Below, piece by piece: positions 19,820 to 30,320 of a stretch of 64,000 bases of DNA (position 1 is the first letter of the stretch; every line of letters starts with the position of its first letter). The DNA is taken from contig JAHHII010000002.1 of assembly GCA_019358855.1 (NCBI GenBank), positions 124,690 through 188,689 of the forward strand, given 5' to 3'. This DNA is from Timaviella obliquedivisa GSE-PSE-MK23-08B (GTDB lineage Bacteria; Cyanobacteriota; Cyanobacteriia; Elainellales; Elainellaceae). The notes under the pieces were generated by a model. That model saw nothing but the letters and a program-made list of their open reading frames with translations. It searched no databases and was not told where the DNA came from. A program made the position numbers and the translations under genes.

Positions 19820-21319
19820 CTATTGGCGATCGAGGTGCGTCAAAATTGGAGTTAAATCAAGGTGTTGCTTGACTTCATCTGCCAAAGAATCCAGCATTGC
19901 CTCCCGCTGCTCACGATAGTTAGAAATACCCGTGGGTAATGACTTTAAGCCCCGTTGCTGACGCAGACGGTTAAGCCACGCCCGCCGCCAAGGGCCATTA
20001 TCAAAAATGCCGTGTAAATAGGTGCCCCAAACCGATTGAGTGATATCAACTACGCCTAAGTTAGGGTCATCAAATAACGGCTTGTAAGCGACTCCTCCTA
20101 CCTCAGATTCGGTATCTATCAGATGACTCCGACCCTGGTGAATCTCGTAGCCTGTGACGGGTAAACCTGCCTGCGGGTAATTAGAAGTCACCACTCGCTG
20201 CCGCGCGACTTTTTGCCCAGTAATAATTGTTTTAAGAGGGACTAAGCCCAGACCTTTGTAGCGTCCTTCCTGTCCCTCCACGCCTTCTGGGTCAGCCAAC
20301 ATTCTGCCCATCATTTGGAAGCCGCCGCAAATCCCCAGAACAGTGCCACCCGCCGCCGCATAATTTTGGATAGCTTCTGCCATTCCAGTGCGCTGCATGG
20401 CAATCAGGTCGGCGATCGTGGTTTTTGAGCCAGGCAAAATTACAGCATCGGGATAGCCCAGCGAATCTTTGAGGCTGATGTACTTCACGGTGACACTGGG
20501 TTCAGACTCTAGGGGGTCAAAATCGGTGAAGTTAGAGATGCGAGGAAACCGCACCACCGAGATCGAGATTTCGCTGTTGGAATGAGAAGCATTGCGATCG
20601 ACCAATGACAGCGAATCTTCAGCCGGAAAAGCCTGATCCATCCAAGGAATAACACCCACAACCGGAATGCCCGTCCGCTCTTGGAGCCAATCAATGCCCG
20701 ATTGCAAAATCGACTGTTGCCCCCGAAACTTATTAATAATGATCCCCTTCACAAGCGATCGCTCCTCCGGATCTAGCAGTTCTAGGGTACCGACCACGTG
20801 GGCAAACGCCCCGCCCCGCTCAATATCTACCACCAGTATCGTGGGTGCATTAAGATACCGGGCAATGCGCATATTGGTCAGGTCACGGTGCTTCAGATTA
20901 ATTTCAGCAGGGCTGCCTGCACCTTCACAAATCACCAGATCGAACTCTTCACTTAACCGCTGGAGAGATTCTTCGATCGCCTGCCAACCCACATCAAAAA
21001 ACTGTTCATAGTATTCTGCTGCCCCAACTCGCCCAGCAACCCGACCCTTTAAAATCACCTGAGAGGTCATGTCGCCTTGAGGCTTTAGCAAAATTGGATT
21101 CATTTCTACACGGGGTGTCACTCCAGCCGCCCATGCTTGCACCGCTTGAGCATGACCAATTTCGCCTCCAGTAGAGGTGACGTAGGAATTAAGCGCCATG
21201 TTTTGTCCCTTAAAAGGGGTGACTCGCCATCCCTGCCGACTTAAGATTCGGCATAATGCCGCAGTCAGAAGCGACTTCCCAGCATGGGATGTAGTTCCGA
21301 CAACCATGATGGCTTTCAT
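19820..21319 (-). CDS. cobQ: cobyric acid synthase
   Basis: MKAIMVVGTTSHAGKSLLTAALCRIL (P-loop-like region) is followed by a C-terminal glutamine amidotransferase domain (GICGGFQMMG). Confidence 0.94.
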   Translation of the reverse strand: MKAIMVVGTTSHAGKSLLTAALCRILSRQGWRVTPFKGQNMALNSYVTSTGGEIGHAQAVQAWAAGVTPRVEMNPILLKPQGDMTSQVILKGRVAGRVGAAEYYEQFFDVGWQAIEESLQRLSEEFDLVICEGAGSPAEINLKHRDLTNMRIARYLNAPTILVVDIERGGAFAHVVGTLELLDPEERSLVKGIIINKFRGQQSILQSGIDWLQERTGIPVVGVIPWMDQAFPAEDSLSLVDRNASHSNSEISISVVRFPRISNFTDFDPLESEPSVTVKYISLKDSLGYPDAVILPGSKTTIADLIAMQRTGMAEAIQNYAAAGGTVLGICGGFQMMGRMLADPEGVEGQEGRYKGLGLVPLKTIITGQKVARQRVVTSNYPQAGLPVTGYEIHQGRSHLIDTESEVGGVAYKPLFDDPNLGVVDITQSVWGTYLHGIFDNGPWRRAWLNRLRQQRGLKSLPTGISNYREQREAMLDSLADEVKQHLDLTPILTHLDRQ

Positions 21320-21355
21320 TCAAGACCTCCAGGAACATTACTTAATCCAACTCAG

Positions 21356-21772
21356 CTAAATCCAGCTAGGGACGCGGAGCCAACGACTCAAGGCATTATA
21401 TAAGCGATCGCCCAAAGATGGGGCAGGCAAGGATTTTCCCAGATTTTGCCATTTTTCGACTATTTGATGTCCTAAAGGAGTCAACCTAAAACTATCGGTC
21501 AGCCCTTGCCCATCAACTTCCCGCCGCAATAAACCCACCTGAATCAACCAAAGCAACTCGGTTTCTACCACAAGTTCTGCAACAGCACGGCGAGTATAGC
21601 CATTCCCCCAGCCTACTTTTCCAGCGATCGCCCTCAACTCCACACTCTTCCACCGCATCGTATTAAACAATGCCAATTGAAAAGGAGCACACCGCACTGC
21701 CCGCTCTGCCCGTTTAATCGTTTTAGGAGAGTATTGAATCGGCAAGGTGTAACCAAATTGAGATGAAGCCAT
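21356..21772 (-). CDS. hypothetical protein, probably co-transcribed with cobQ
   Basis: The 138-aa ORF ends 36 nt upstream of the cobQ start. No motif was recognised. Confidence 0.5.
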   Translation of the reverse strand: MASSQFGYTLPIQYSPKTIKRAERAVRCAPFQLALFNTMRWKSVELRAIAGKVGWGNGYTRRAVAELVVETELLWLIQVGLLRREVDGQGLTDSFRLTPLGHQIVEKWQNLGKSLPAPSLGDRLYNALSRWLRVPSWI

Positions 21773-21927
21773 AGAGAAATCCGCAAGAACTAGAAACCCG
21801 TAAAAACTCGTAGCGATAAGGCGATTATGACCGAAACCCCAAAATTTATCTATCGCTTATCTGATCATGTTGCCCTAGGCTAGAGGGAATCTATCGATTT
21901 ATGCAACATTGGGATAAAGATTCTGTG

Positions 21928-22362
21928 ATGAAAGACGAAGCGTTTGGCATTGTGCCAATTTTTGTAGAAAAAACGAGTGAATCAACTGAGATACAATTTT
22001 TGCTGATTCGCCATTGGGCAGGGCATTGGGGCTTTCCGAAGGGGCACGCCGAACCGGGAGAAACGGCGATCGCCACTGCTTGCCGTGAGTTGGCAGAAGA
22101 AACAGGCATTCAGTCATGTGAAGTGCTAAATGATACTTCTTTTATTGAGCAGTACAGGTTTAAAAAAGATGATCAACTGATAAAGAAAACAGTGACCTAC
22201 TTTTTGGGCATCGTTCAATCTAAAGCCGTCACTTGCCAAGAACAAGAAATCCAAGATTACACCTGGGTTAACTTTGATACTGCGCTAACAACCATTACTT
22301 TCGATCAAGCTAGGCGCATCTTGCAACGTGTTCAAGACTATTTGCAGGCTCATCCCTTATAG
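21928..22362 (+). CDS. NUDIX hydrolase
   Basis: The Nudix box GFPKGHAEPGETAIATACRELAEETGI is present. The start may instead be at 21901. Confidence 0.85.
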   Translation: MKDEAFGIVPIFVEKTSESTEIQFLLIRHWAGHWGFPKGHAEPGETAIATACRELAEETGIQSCEVLNDTSFIEQYRFKKDDQLIKKTVTYFLGIVQSKAVTCQEQEIQDYTWVNFDTALTTITFDQARRILQRVQDYLQAHPL

Positions 22363-22608
22363 CTCTGGTTAATCCTCATCAAAACTTTATATTTCATCCT
22401 GAGACTGGCGATCGAGCTTCTGTAAAAATCATTCGTTTTGAAACTATTCTCAGAAGCTCGGTGATGCAAGTGCTTCAGTCCAACAAGAAATGCATCTAAA
22501 GATACTTCCGTCAAGCAACTAGGTTGTGTAGATTAAGTTATATTACAACTGTTCAACAAGCCTTCCTTTATAGAGTGGGCTTCGATCCTTTCGAGTGAGG
22601 AAATTTCT

Positions 22609-23145
22609 GTGACCCCATCCCTGCAAGCTTCAACTCTGGAACAAGTCATTGCCCAATTCTTTGAACGTTCTGTCGGTCAGTGGCACTCCGATCGCCGCTA
22701 CTACACCTTGCCAGATGGAGACACCAAGGAAATGGTCAGCTTCATTACTATTCGTTTTCTGCATCAAGGCTGTGACTCACTCCGCCACTTGGCGCAACTC
22801 CACGAGTTAGCCGACGAAAGCATCATGACTTGTGGCACAGAAGTTACCTGGGACAGCAAAGATTCGGTTTCGGGGCAAAAGCAATCTCAGGGATCAACGC
22901 TATTTGGTGTCTCAAGTGACTTGCTATATCGCGATCGCGGCTTTGCCACCACCAAGCCCATCACAGCAAAGTACACCATGGCAAATCCTGAAACGCTTGC
23001 TCTCCGTACTGAATACAAAGGCTCAGTGTTTGAAGAAGAAGTCAGGCTAGTGGGGCAGAACTATCGCACCCGCCAAACCATCATTTCCCGCGCTGGAGAA
23101 CAACAGATGATTGGGCAATATTTAGAAAAACGCATCAATGACTGA
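22609..23145 (+). CDS. phycobiliprotein chromophore lyase, CpcS/CpeS family
   Basis: FFERSVGQWHSDRRYYTL, TEVTWDS, LYRDRGF and the C-terminal NYRTRQTIISRAGE are collinear with CpcS as I recall it. The start codon is GTG. Confidence 0.7.
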   Translation: MTPSLQASTLEQVIAQFFERSVGQWHSDRRYYTLPDGDTKEMVSFITIRFLHQGCDSLRHLAQLHELADESIMTCGTEVTWDSKDSVSGQKQSQGSTLFGVSSDLLYRDRGFATTKPITAKYTMANPETLALRTEYKGSVFEEEVRLVGQNYRTRQTIISRAGEQQMIGQYLEKRIND

Positions 23146-23380
23146 ATTAAAGTAGCTTGAAAAGTAGTCAGAGCGTCAGGCACCCACAGGGGCAAAGTAG
23201 CTAGTAAAAAACTCTTAACCGTTAGAGAAGTTTTTGCTAACACTTTGCCTTCGCTTTTGTTACATTTTGCTGAATCGGTTCCAATCCGTTATAGGCTAGA
23301 TTCAGGTTGAGGCAGTCTACCTAATACGACCTCACTTTGCAGTCATTTTTTAATCCCTTCTTGATTAATTTATTTAGATT

Positions 23381-24415
23381 ATGGTGAAGTCACCCATTCG
23401 CGAAACCAAGCCCTTCAATGCTGTTCCTCCGACCGATTCGCGTGAGCGTGTTAGTGAATTTTTGAAGGGTTTACAAGATGAGATTTGTCAGGGGTTAGAG
23501 CGCCTTGACGGGCAAAAAACTTTTCAAGAAGAAAGCTGGACTCGAGAAGATGGGGGCGGTGGGCGATCGCGCGTTCTTAAAGCAGGCAAAGTTTTTGAAC
23601 AAGGTGGAGTAAACTTTTCCGAAGTTTGGGGCAAAGATTTACCTCCCTCCATTTTGGTACAACGCCCCGAGGCTGCGGGTCATGGGTTCTACGCTACTGG
23701 CACATCAATGGTGCTTCATCCTCAAAATCCCTACATTCCCACAGTTCACCTTAATTATCGCTACTTTGAGGCTGGGCCTGTTTGGTGGTTTGGTGGCGGC
23801 ATTGACCTCACGCCCTACTATCCCTTTACAGAAGATGTAGTACATTTTCACCAAACCTTGAAGGATGCTTGCGATCGCCACAATCCCAATTACTACAACA
23901 CCTTCAAGCCCTGGTGCGATGAATATTTCTACCTCAAGCATCGCCAAGAAACCCGTGGCGTTGGCGGTATTTTCTTCGACTATCAAGATGGTGCTCCCTC
24001 CAAGCTTTATCGGGGTCCCGATGCTACAGGTTCTGCCGCCTATAGTGATGCGATCGGTGAGCAACCGCCGCGCACCTGGGAGGAAATATTTGCCTTTGTT
24101 AAAGACTGCGGGCGATCGTTCTTGCCAGCCTACGTGCCAATTGCAGAACGTCGGCAAGGTCAAGAATGGGGCGATCGTCAGCGCGACTTCCAACTCTACC
24201 GTCGGGGGCGCTACGTCGAGTTCAACCTCATCTATGACCGGGGCACCATTTTTGGACTCCAGACTAACGGGCGCACTGAGTCTATTCTGATGTCTCTGCC
24301 ACCCTTAGTTCGGTGGGAATATTGCTACCAGCCCCAGCCCAATACGCCCGAAGCACAGCTTTATGAAACCTTTCTGAAGCCGCAAAATTGGCTAGGCGAG
24401 CCAGCGATTACTTAA
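23381..24415 (+). CDS. hemF: oxygen-dependent coproporphyrinogen III oxidase
   Basis: [55 protein letters not shown] and [17 protein letters not shown] match the family. Confidence 0.95.
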   Translation: MVKSPIRETKPFNAVPPTDSRERVSEFLKGLQDEICQGLERLDGQKTFQEESWTREDGGGGRSRVLKAGKVFEQGGVNFSEVWGKDLPPSILVQRPEAAGHGFYATGTSMVLHPQNPYIPTVHLNYRYFEAGPVWWFGGGIDLTPYYPFTEDVVHFHQTLKDACDRHNPNYYNTFKPWCDEYFYLKHRQETRGVGGIFFDYQDGAPSKLYRGPDATGSAAYSDAIGEQPPRTWEEIFAFVKDCGRSFLPAYVPIAERRQGQEWGDRQRDFQLYRRGRYVEFNLIYDRGTIFGLQTNGRTESILMSLPPLVRWEYCYQPQPNTPEAQLYETFLKPQNWLGEPAIT

Positions 24416-24626
24416 TCAAATCCGAAAAATCTACAAAAGAGTTGGGAGGGTGAACTAAAATTTACTCTCTTAACTCTTTTTAATGTTAAAAGTTAAAACT
24501 CTACCTGTAGAGAGAACAAACCCTACCTTGGGCAATCTAAGTATGTTCAATTGGCTTTATTTTTGCGGCAGCGCTGAGAATGAAGTGCGCCTATTTATTC
24601 GGTCGTAAAGAGAGGTAATATTCCAA

Positions 24627-24986
24627 ATGGAGCAAACAATTCACGCAGCGCCAGGCGGCAAAACCGTCATCGTCCTCACTCCCAGCGGACGGCTTGACAT
24701 CACCACCGCTTGGCAGTTCCGCCTCAAATTACAAGAATGCATTAACAAAGTGAGCTCTCACATTGTTGTGAATCTGGGGCAAGTCAATTTTATTGACAGT
24801 TCTGGTTTAACGTCACTTGTTGCCGGAATGCGAGATGCAGACAAAGTAAACGGTAGCTTTAGCCTTTGTGATGTGCATCCAGAAGCCAAACTTGTTTTTG
24901 AAGTTACCATGATGGACTCAGTATTTAAAATCTTTGAAACTGAAGCAGAGGCTCTAGAAGGTTCTGTCCACCCTGTTGCCACTTAA
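24627..24986 (+). CDS. STAS-domain anti-sigma-factor antagonist (SpoIIAA-like)
   Basis: VIVLTPSGRLDITTAWQFRLKL...VNFIDSSGLTSLVAG contains the phosphorylatable Ser context DSSGL. Confidence 0.85.
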   Translation: MEQTIHAAPGGKTVIVLTPSGRLDITTAWQFRLKLQECINKVSSHIVVNLGQVNFIDSSGLTSLVAGMRDADKVNGSFSLCDVHPEAKLVFEVTMMDSVFKIFETEAEALEGSVHPVAT

Positions 24987-25057
24987 CAAGCTGACCGCAA
25001 AATACTCATTCTCTACACTCAAATTACAAAATTAGCTTCATATCCTAAGAGGTAAGG

Positions 25058-26071
25058 ATGCAATCCTTTGGCATTTATACTCTGGCGAACGATCCTGTCC
25101 TCGATCAGCTCATTGCACTTCTCAACAGCATTGAAGTAAATGTTGGCGCCCAGATTCCAGTTTGCATCATTCCTTACGACGATCGCCTCACCCAAGTTAG
25201 ACAAGAAATTGCCGAGCGTCCTCACGTTAGCTTGTTTAATAATTCCGCTGCCATTCATCGCTGGGAAACCTTTGCCCAAGAAGTCTGGGCAGCCCATCCC
25301 CAGGGCAGCCGAAAAAGCTCAGCCTCACTTGTAAAAGTGAGAAAACATGCCCAGCGCCGATATGCTGCGTTCGACGGTGAATTTGAAAAGTTTGTTGTCT
25401 ACGATGCAGACTGTCTGGCAATGAAGCCTTTAGACAAGGTTTTTGCAAAACTGGATCATCACGATTTTGTCTTTGACGATTGGGAACATGCAAAGCCCGA
25501 ATCAGCAGCGGCACTTATGTTTCCGCCAATTGAACAAGCAATGCAGCTAACAGCCGCAGAGATTCAGACTCAAATTCATTGCTCTAGCTTTTTTGGCTCC
25601 AAGCGCGGCTTGTTTGATTCACACAAATTATCAGAACTTAAGCAAAAGCTGGTCGAGCAACAGGAAGTCAATTGGATCAATGGGATTGCTGAGGCATTTC
25701 TATTTAGCTACCTGACCCTGCGAGGAGAATACTCTCTGTTTAACTTTACCCTCAGCCCCGACAGCCAAGACCGAACAGGCAACTGTGCCGACGCTGACCG
25801 CTTTGTTGAAAAAGATCAAATTCTCTATAATGCCGATGGCTTAAAGCCGATTCACCGTATTCACTATATGAATTATGGAGCAGAGAAATTTGCGCGTTTG
25901 GCACAGGGAGAAAATGTCGGAATGCGATATCAGGAGATGTTTCTGCTTTACCGTTTTCTAAAAAATCCTCATCAAACTCCTATTCTTAGCTCTCCTAGCT
26001 TTTGGACTCAAGTCTACCGAGCGTCTCGCACCTTGACCAACAAGATCAGCCGGAAAATCAGCCGTCCTTAA
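25058..26071 (+). CDS. hypothetical protein, possibly a GT-A-like nucleotide-sugar transferase
   Basis: The N-terminus reads FGIYTLANDPVLDQLIALLNSIE...IPYDD, with a later YDADCL (DxD-like) motif. The assignment is by resemblance only. Confidence 0.35.
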   Translation: MQSFGIYTLANDPVLDQLIALLNSIEVNVGAQIPVCIIPYDDRLTQVRQEIAERPHVSLFNNSAAIHRWETFAQEVWAAHPQGSRKSSASLVKVRKHAQRRYAAFDGEFEKFVVYDADCLAMKPLDKVFAKLDHHDFVFDDWEHAKPESAAALMFPPIEQAMQLTAAEIQTQIHCSSFFGSKRGLFDSHKLSELKQKLVEQQEVNWINGIAEAFLFSYLTLRGEYSLFNFTLSPDSQDRTGNCADADRFVEKDQILYNADGLKPIHRIHYMNYGAEKFARLAQGENVGMRYQEMFLLYRFLKNPHQTPILSSPSFWTQVYRASRTLTNKISRKISRP

Positions 26072-26089
26072 TCTTAGGTTTGATTTGTC

Positions 26090-26971
26090 ATGAGTTATTT
26101 TCAGCATTTCCTCATTACTCGGATGAATGTTGATTGGGATGTGTTGAAACTGCGATCGCCCCAAGAGCGCAACAGTCTCGAGTTCTTGAACCATCGATTC
26201 AATATTTTTGAAAAAACTTGCTATCCCGCTATTAAGGCTCAAACGAACCCAAACTTTATTTGGCTCATTCTGTTTGATGTCGGTTTGCCAGAAGAATTTA
26301 GAGAGCGCGTAGCGAAGTATGAGCCTACTCTTAAAATTACTCCGGTCTACATTGACAGCAAAGAGACGTTCTTAATGATGCTCAGAAGTGCAATTACTGC
26401 TCATCTTTTACCTAGCACCAATCATTTAATTACCACCAACATTGACAGCGATGATATCCTGTCTAACAATTTTGTTGCAGCAACACAGCAGCAATTTAGA
26501 GAGCAAGACTTTGAATTTATCAATTTCCCCTTTGGATACCTCTACCGCTTTCAGGAACAAAGGCTTTATTTGCGAGAATGGCTGACCTCTCCTTGCCATA
26601 CTCTCATTGAACAGCGGCAGAATTTTCAAACGGCATTAACCTATCCTCACCACGAAGTTGCCAGCAACAAAACTCGCCAGGTCATTACCTGCCCGATGTG
26701 GTTGATGACGGTTCATGGTGAGAATCTCAGAACTCAGTTTGATGTGAGCGCTGCCTGGCAACCGATCGCTCGATTAAATAATAACTTTTGCTCAGAAATT
26801 GATTTTCCGAAGCAGAACTGGGCTAAAACGCTGAGGGAGACATTTAGAGAAGTCCTCGATGTTCTCTCTAGCCGAAAGATCTGGGATAATTTACAGGTTA
26901 AAGCCAGAAAAATCACGAACATTTTGTTTCCTCCATTGATTCGCGGTCTAAGGAAGCTGAGATATCGCTAA
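26090..26971 (+). CDS. putative glycosyltransferase (resembles the putative rhamnosyl-transferase family)
   Basis: FQHFLITRMNV at the N-terminus and NIDSDDIL (DxD) support the call. It lies 18 nt after the preceding gene. Confidence 0.4.
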   Translation: MSYFQHFLITRMNVDWDVLKLRSPQERNSLEFLNHRFNIFEKTCYPAIKAQTNPNFIWLILFDVGLPEEFRERVAKYEPTLKITPVYIDSKETFLMMLRSAITAHLLPSTNHLITTNIDSDDILSNNFVAATQQQFREQDFEFINFPFGYLYRFQEQRLYLREWLTSPCHTLIEQRQNFQTALTYPHHEVASNKTRQVITCPMWLMTVHGENLRTQFDVSAAWQPIARLNNNFCSEIDFPKQNWAKTLRETFREVLDVLSSRKIWDNLQVKARKITNILFPPLIRGLRKLRYR

Positions 26972-27050
26972 AACAATCTGCAAATTCTGGTCAACCGAGT
27001 CTTACTTCACCTACGCTTTAGGAAAGTGGAACCGTTTTCAAGAATTTTGT

Positions 27051-29447
27051 ATGCCAGTCATCCCTCAAAAGCCTACCCCTGCTGATTTATCTTTGCCAAC
27101 TCTGCTCGAAACCTACACGTTAGAGGTGGGCGGCATGAAGTGTGGTGGATGTGTGCGAGCTGTAGAAAACCAACTTACCCAGCAGCCGGGAGTGATGACT
27201 GCCACTGTAAATTTGGTTACAGAAGTTGCAATGGTGGAATGTCTGCCAGGAGCCGTTGACCCTGAAATATTGGCGCAAAAGCTGACGGAAGTCGGCTTCC
27301 CGACTCAATCACGGCATCAGGAAATAGAGACTAACACGGGCATTAGTCCTGCTGAACGACAACGGCTAGAAACTCGGCGGCAAGTGAGCCAAGCCGCGAT
27401 CGCCATCTTGCTCCTCGTTCTTTCTGCCCTGGGTCACTTAGAGCATTTTGGCATTCTGATTCCGGGACTCAGCAATATTTGGTTTCACTTTGGGCTAGCG
27501 ACTGTAGCGCTCTTATTTCCAGGGCGATCGCTCCTGATAGATGGTTGGAACGGTCTGCGCCACAATATTCCCAATATGAATACCTTAGTCGGATTGGGCA
27601 CTCTCACTGCCTACAGCGCTAGCACGATCGCCTTGTTCGTTCCGGCTCTGGGCTGGGAGTGTTTTTTTGACGAACCTGTCATGCTGGTCGGCTTTATTTT
27701 ACTAGGACGCACCTTAGAGCAACAAGCGCGCGGTAGGGCAGCAGCAGCGTTTCAGTCCCTCATGGCATTGCAGCCTACGGTTGCTCGATTGGTGAAAGAT
27801 ACGAAGGGAGCCACCACCTCTGTAGAAATTCCAGCAGCACGGGTCAAGCTGGGAGAATGGTTGCAAGTGTTGCCAGGAGAAAAGATTCCGGTAGATGGGG
27901 AAGTCGTGACCGGACAGACTACCGTGGATGAGTCTATGCTGACGGGTGAGGCATTGCCTGTGCTGAAGCAAGCAGGAGAGGCTGTGACGGCTGGTAGTTT
28001 GAATTTATCTGGGGCAGTCGTATTAAAAGCCACGCGAATTGGACGAAATACAACGTTGGCAAAAATTATTGCTTTAGTTGAGGCGGCTCAGACCCGCAAA
28101 GCGCCCATTCAAAAGTTGGCAGATACGATCGCCGGATACTTTACCTATGGTGTCATGGCGATCGCTGTGCTCACATTTCTGTTCTGGTACTTTGTTGGCG
28201 CACCCCTTTGGGCAGACCAAATTTTTGCAGGGCAAAGTGGGCTGATGAGTGGGCATATGAATGGGCACATGGTAATGCATTCCAACCCGCTTATTCCGGT
28301 CAATCTAGTGCCGTCGCCCCTTCTTCTTAGTCTTAAATTAGCGATCGCCACCCTCGTCATTGCTTGCCCTTGCGCCCTCGGATTGGCAACTCCGACCGCC
28401 ATTCTAGTCGGCTCTAGCATTGGTGCAGAGCGAGGATTACTAATTCGGGGTGGAGATATTCTTGAGAAAGTTCATCAGATTGATACATTGGTTTTTGACA
28501 AGACGGGGACGTTGACAATGGGAAACCCAAAGGTTACAGATTGTCTGTCCTTTAACCCCGAACTTTCGCCAACAGACCTGCTTCAACTAGCAGCTACAGT
28601 TGAGAGCGGCACCCAGCATCCTCTAGCCAGAGCTATTCAAAAACAGGCAGAAGGTTTGGCGCTACTGTCTGCTCAAAACTTTCTGACCGAACCCGGATTA
28701 GGCGTTTCGGCAATGATCGAGGGGCGTTTGGTGGTTTTGGGCACTCAGGACTGGTTGCGACAACACGACATTCAGGTTGATTTGTTAAAAACTCAAGTAG
28801 AGGCAGCAGGAGCGATCGGGAAAACAGTCATTTATGTGGGTGTAAATGGACAGTTAGCTGGATTAATTGCTGTGCAAGATACGCTGCGAACCGATGCTCA
28901 GCAGACTGTTACAGAACTGCGAAAAATGGGATTGCGGGTTATGCTGCTGACGGGTGATCAGCAGGCTGCGGCTGAGGCGATCGCCTTGCCTTTAGGTTTT
29001 ACCGCTGCCGATGTTTTGGCAAACGTTCAACCTGCTGGCAAAGCCGCTGCGATCGCTCAGCTTCAGGCAAAGGGGCGACAGGTAGCCATGATTGGCGATG
29101 GTATTAATGATGCTCCGGCATTGGCACAAGCAGAAGTGGGGATTGCCATGCACTCTGGAACAGATGTAGCGACAGAAACGGCAGGAATTGTATTGATGCG
29201 CGATCGCCTCAGCGATGTAGTAGAGTCGATTCGGCTGAGCCGCGCAACCTTTAACAAAGTCCGCCAAAATCTCTTTTGGGCATTTGCCTATAACGCTTGT
29301 GGCATTCCGATCGCGGCAGGCGTTCTGTTGCCTGCTTTCGGCATCTCCCTCAGCCCTGCTACTGCTGGCGCACTAATGGCGTTTAGTTCGGTCAGTGTAG
29401 TCACCAATTCTCTACTGCTTCGCCGCCAGTTCCCTAGCTGTCTATAG
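27051..29447 (+). CDS. copper-translocating P1B-type ATPase
   Basis: An N-terminal HMA domain (GMKCGGCVRAVE), the CPC motif in the TM helix (ACPCALGLATP), and DKTGTLT, TGD and GDGINDAPAL are all present. Confidence 0.93.
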   Translation: MPVIPQKPTPADLSLPTLLETYTLEVGGMKCGGCVRAVENQLTQQPGVMTATVNLVTEVAMVECLPGAVDPEILAQKLTEVGFPTQSRHQEIETNTGISPAERQRLETRRQVSQAAIAILLLVLSALGHLEHFGILIPGLSNIWFHFGLATVALLFPGRSLLIDGWNGLRHNIPNMNTLVGLGTLTAYSASTIALFVPALGWECFFDEPVMLVGFILLGRTLEQQARGRAAAAFQSLMALQPTVARLVKDTKGATTSVEIPAARVKLGEWLQVLPGEKIPVDGEVVTGQTTVDESMLTGEALPVLKQAGEAVTAGSLNLSGAVVLKATRIGRNTTLAKIIALVEAAQTRKAPIQKLADTIAGYFTYGVMAIAVLTFLFWYFVGAPLWADQIFAGQSGLMSGHMNGHMVMHSNPLIPVNLVPSPLLLSLKLAIATLVIACPCALGLATPTAILVGSSIGAERGLLIRGGDILEKVHQIDTLVFDKTGTLTMGNPKVTDCLSFNPELSPTDLLQLAATVESGTQHPLARAIQKQAEGLALLSAQNFLTEPGLGVSAMIEGRLVVLGTQDWLRQHDIQVDLLKTQVEAAGAIGKTVIYVGVNGQLAGLIAVQDTLRTDAQQTVTELRKMGLRVMLLTGDQQAAAEAIALPLGFTAADVLANVQPAGKAAAIAQLQAKGRQVAMIGDGINDAPALAQAEVGIAMHSGTDVATETAGIVLMRDRLSDVVESIRLSRATFNKVRQNLFWAFAYNACGIPIAAGVLLPAFGISLSPATAGALMAFSSVSVVTNSLLLRRQFPSCL

Positions 29448-29470
29448 GGTTTTCTAGGTGCAAGCAAAAG

Positions 29471-29499
29471 CAAAGGCGACCTGTTCAGGTCGCCTTTGC
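29471..29499. terminator. hairpin between convergent genes (candidate bidirectional terminator)
   Basis: CAAAGGCGACC-TGTTCA-GGTCGCCTTTG forms an 11-bp perfect stem. Confidence 0.5.
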
Positions 29500-29560
29500 C
29501 AATCTATATTATGAGCCAATTATGAGTCAGGCTGATGGAGGTCAGGCTGCTGCTCGTGAC

Positions 29561-30067
29561 CTACCAGAGCGCAGGAACAGGAGCACTTCTGCCGCCGCCA
29601 TTGCTGTTGCCATTGTTGCGACTGCCGCTATCACTGTTGACAGGCGATCGGCTGAAAGGTGAAGAGAATGCGGGAGGAATAGGTTCTTCAGTAGGCACAA
29701 TGGGAGCCGTTAGCACCGAACTTTGATAAGGATTTTCTAGATCAGGAGTACGAATGAGCGGATCGTTACTCACTTGCTGAGCCAAAGCATCTTCATAAAG
29801 ACGATTTACGGCTCTACCATCAGCAGCAATTTCATTTTCGGGGAAAGGGCCGAGAAACCAGGTCAAGTTGTTTGGCACTTGACGATTACGGTAAAAGTTT
29901 TCGCTATTGCGGAAATAGGCATCTTCAACTGCCTGAGGAAGAGTTCGGACTGCTTCAGCAGAAGGTTGCACGGCTGGCTGAGCATTGGCAATAGTGGCAC
30001 TGCCAATCAAAACAATGGGGGTGGCGATCGCCATTAAGCTCAATACGCCCATAAACCTAACGCCCAT
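29561..30067 (-). CDS. hypothetical secreted protein
   Basis: It has a signal peptide (GVLSLMAIATPIVLIGSATIANA) and a Gly/Asn/Ser-rich C-terminus. Confidence 0.5.
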   Translation of the reverse strand: MGVRFMGVLSLMAIATPIVLIGSATIANAQPAVQPSAEAVRTLPQAVEDAYFRNSENFYRNRQVPNNLTWFLGPFPENEIAADGRAVNRLYEDALAQQVSNDPLIRTPDLENPYQSSVLTAPIVPTEEPIPPAFSSPFSRSPVNSDSGSRNNGNSNGGGRSAPVPALW

Positions 30068-30320
30068 AAATACTTCTCCTCACGCAATTGTTTCAACCGT
30101 TTTAGGCTTAATATCGGTTCTAAGCTTCATTCCAGAGTGCCCAAAATCTTCGACTTCTTTCCCAAGCCTTTGTTTTTAGAGTTCTGATGAATCAGCTTCA
30201 ATCCATCATAAAGTCTATGATTGGGAGTGGCACAAAAGCTATAAAAATTTGCTCAAGCATTGACTTTTCTGCTCTCAAGCCTAACGCCTGCCAATTAGTG
30301 ACTTAATAATCTTTCTGTTT

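Noticed and set aside
21320-21900. A cobalamin riboswitch upstream of cobQ or its upstream partner gene
   Set aside because: I could not find a B12-box-like element or the conserved core by eye on the minus strand. A covariance-model scan would be needed to exclude it fully.
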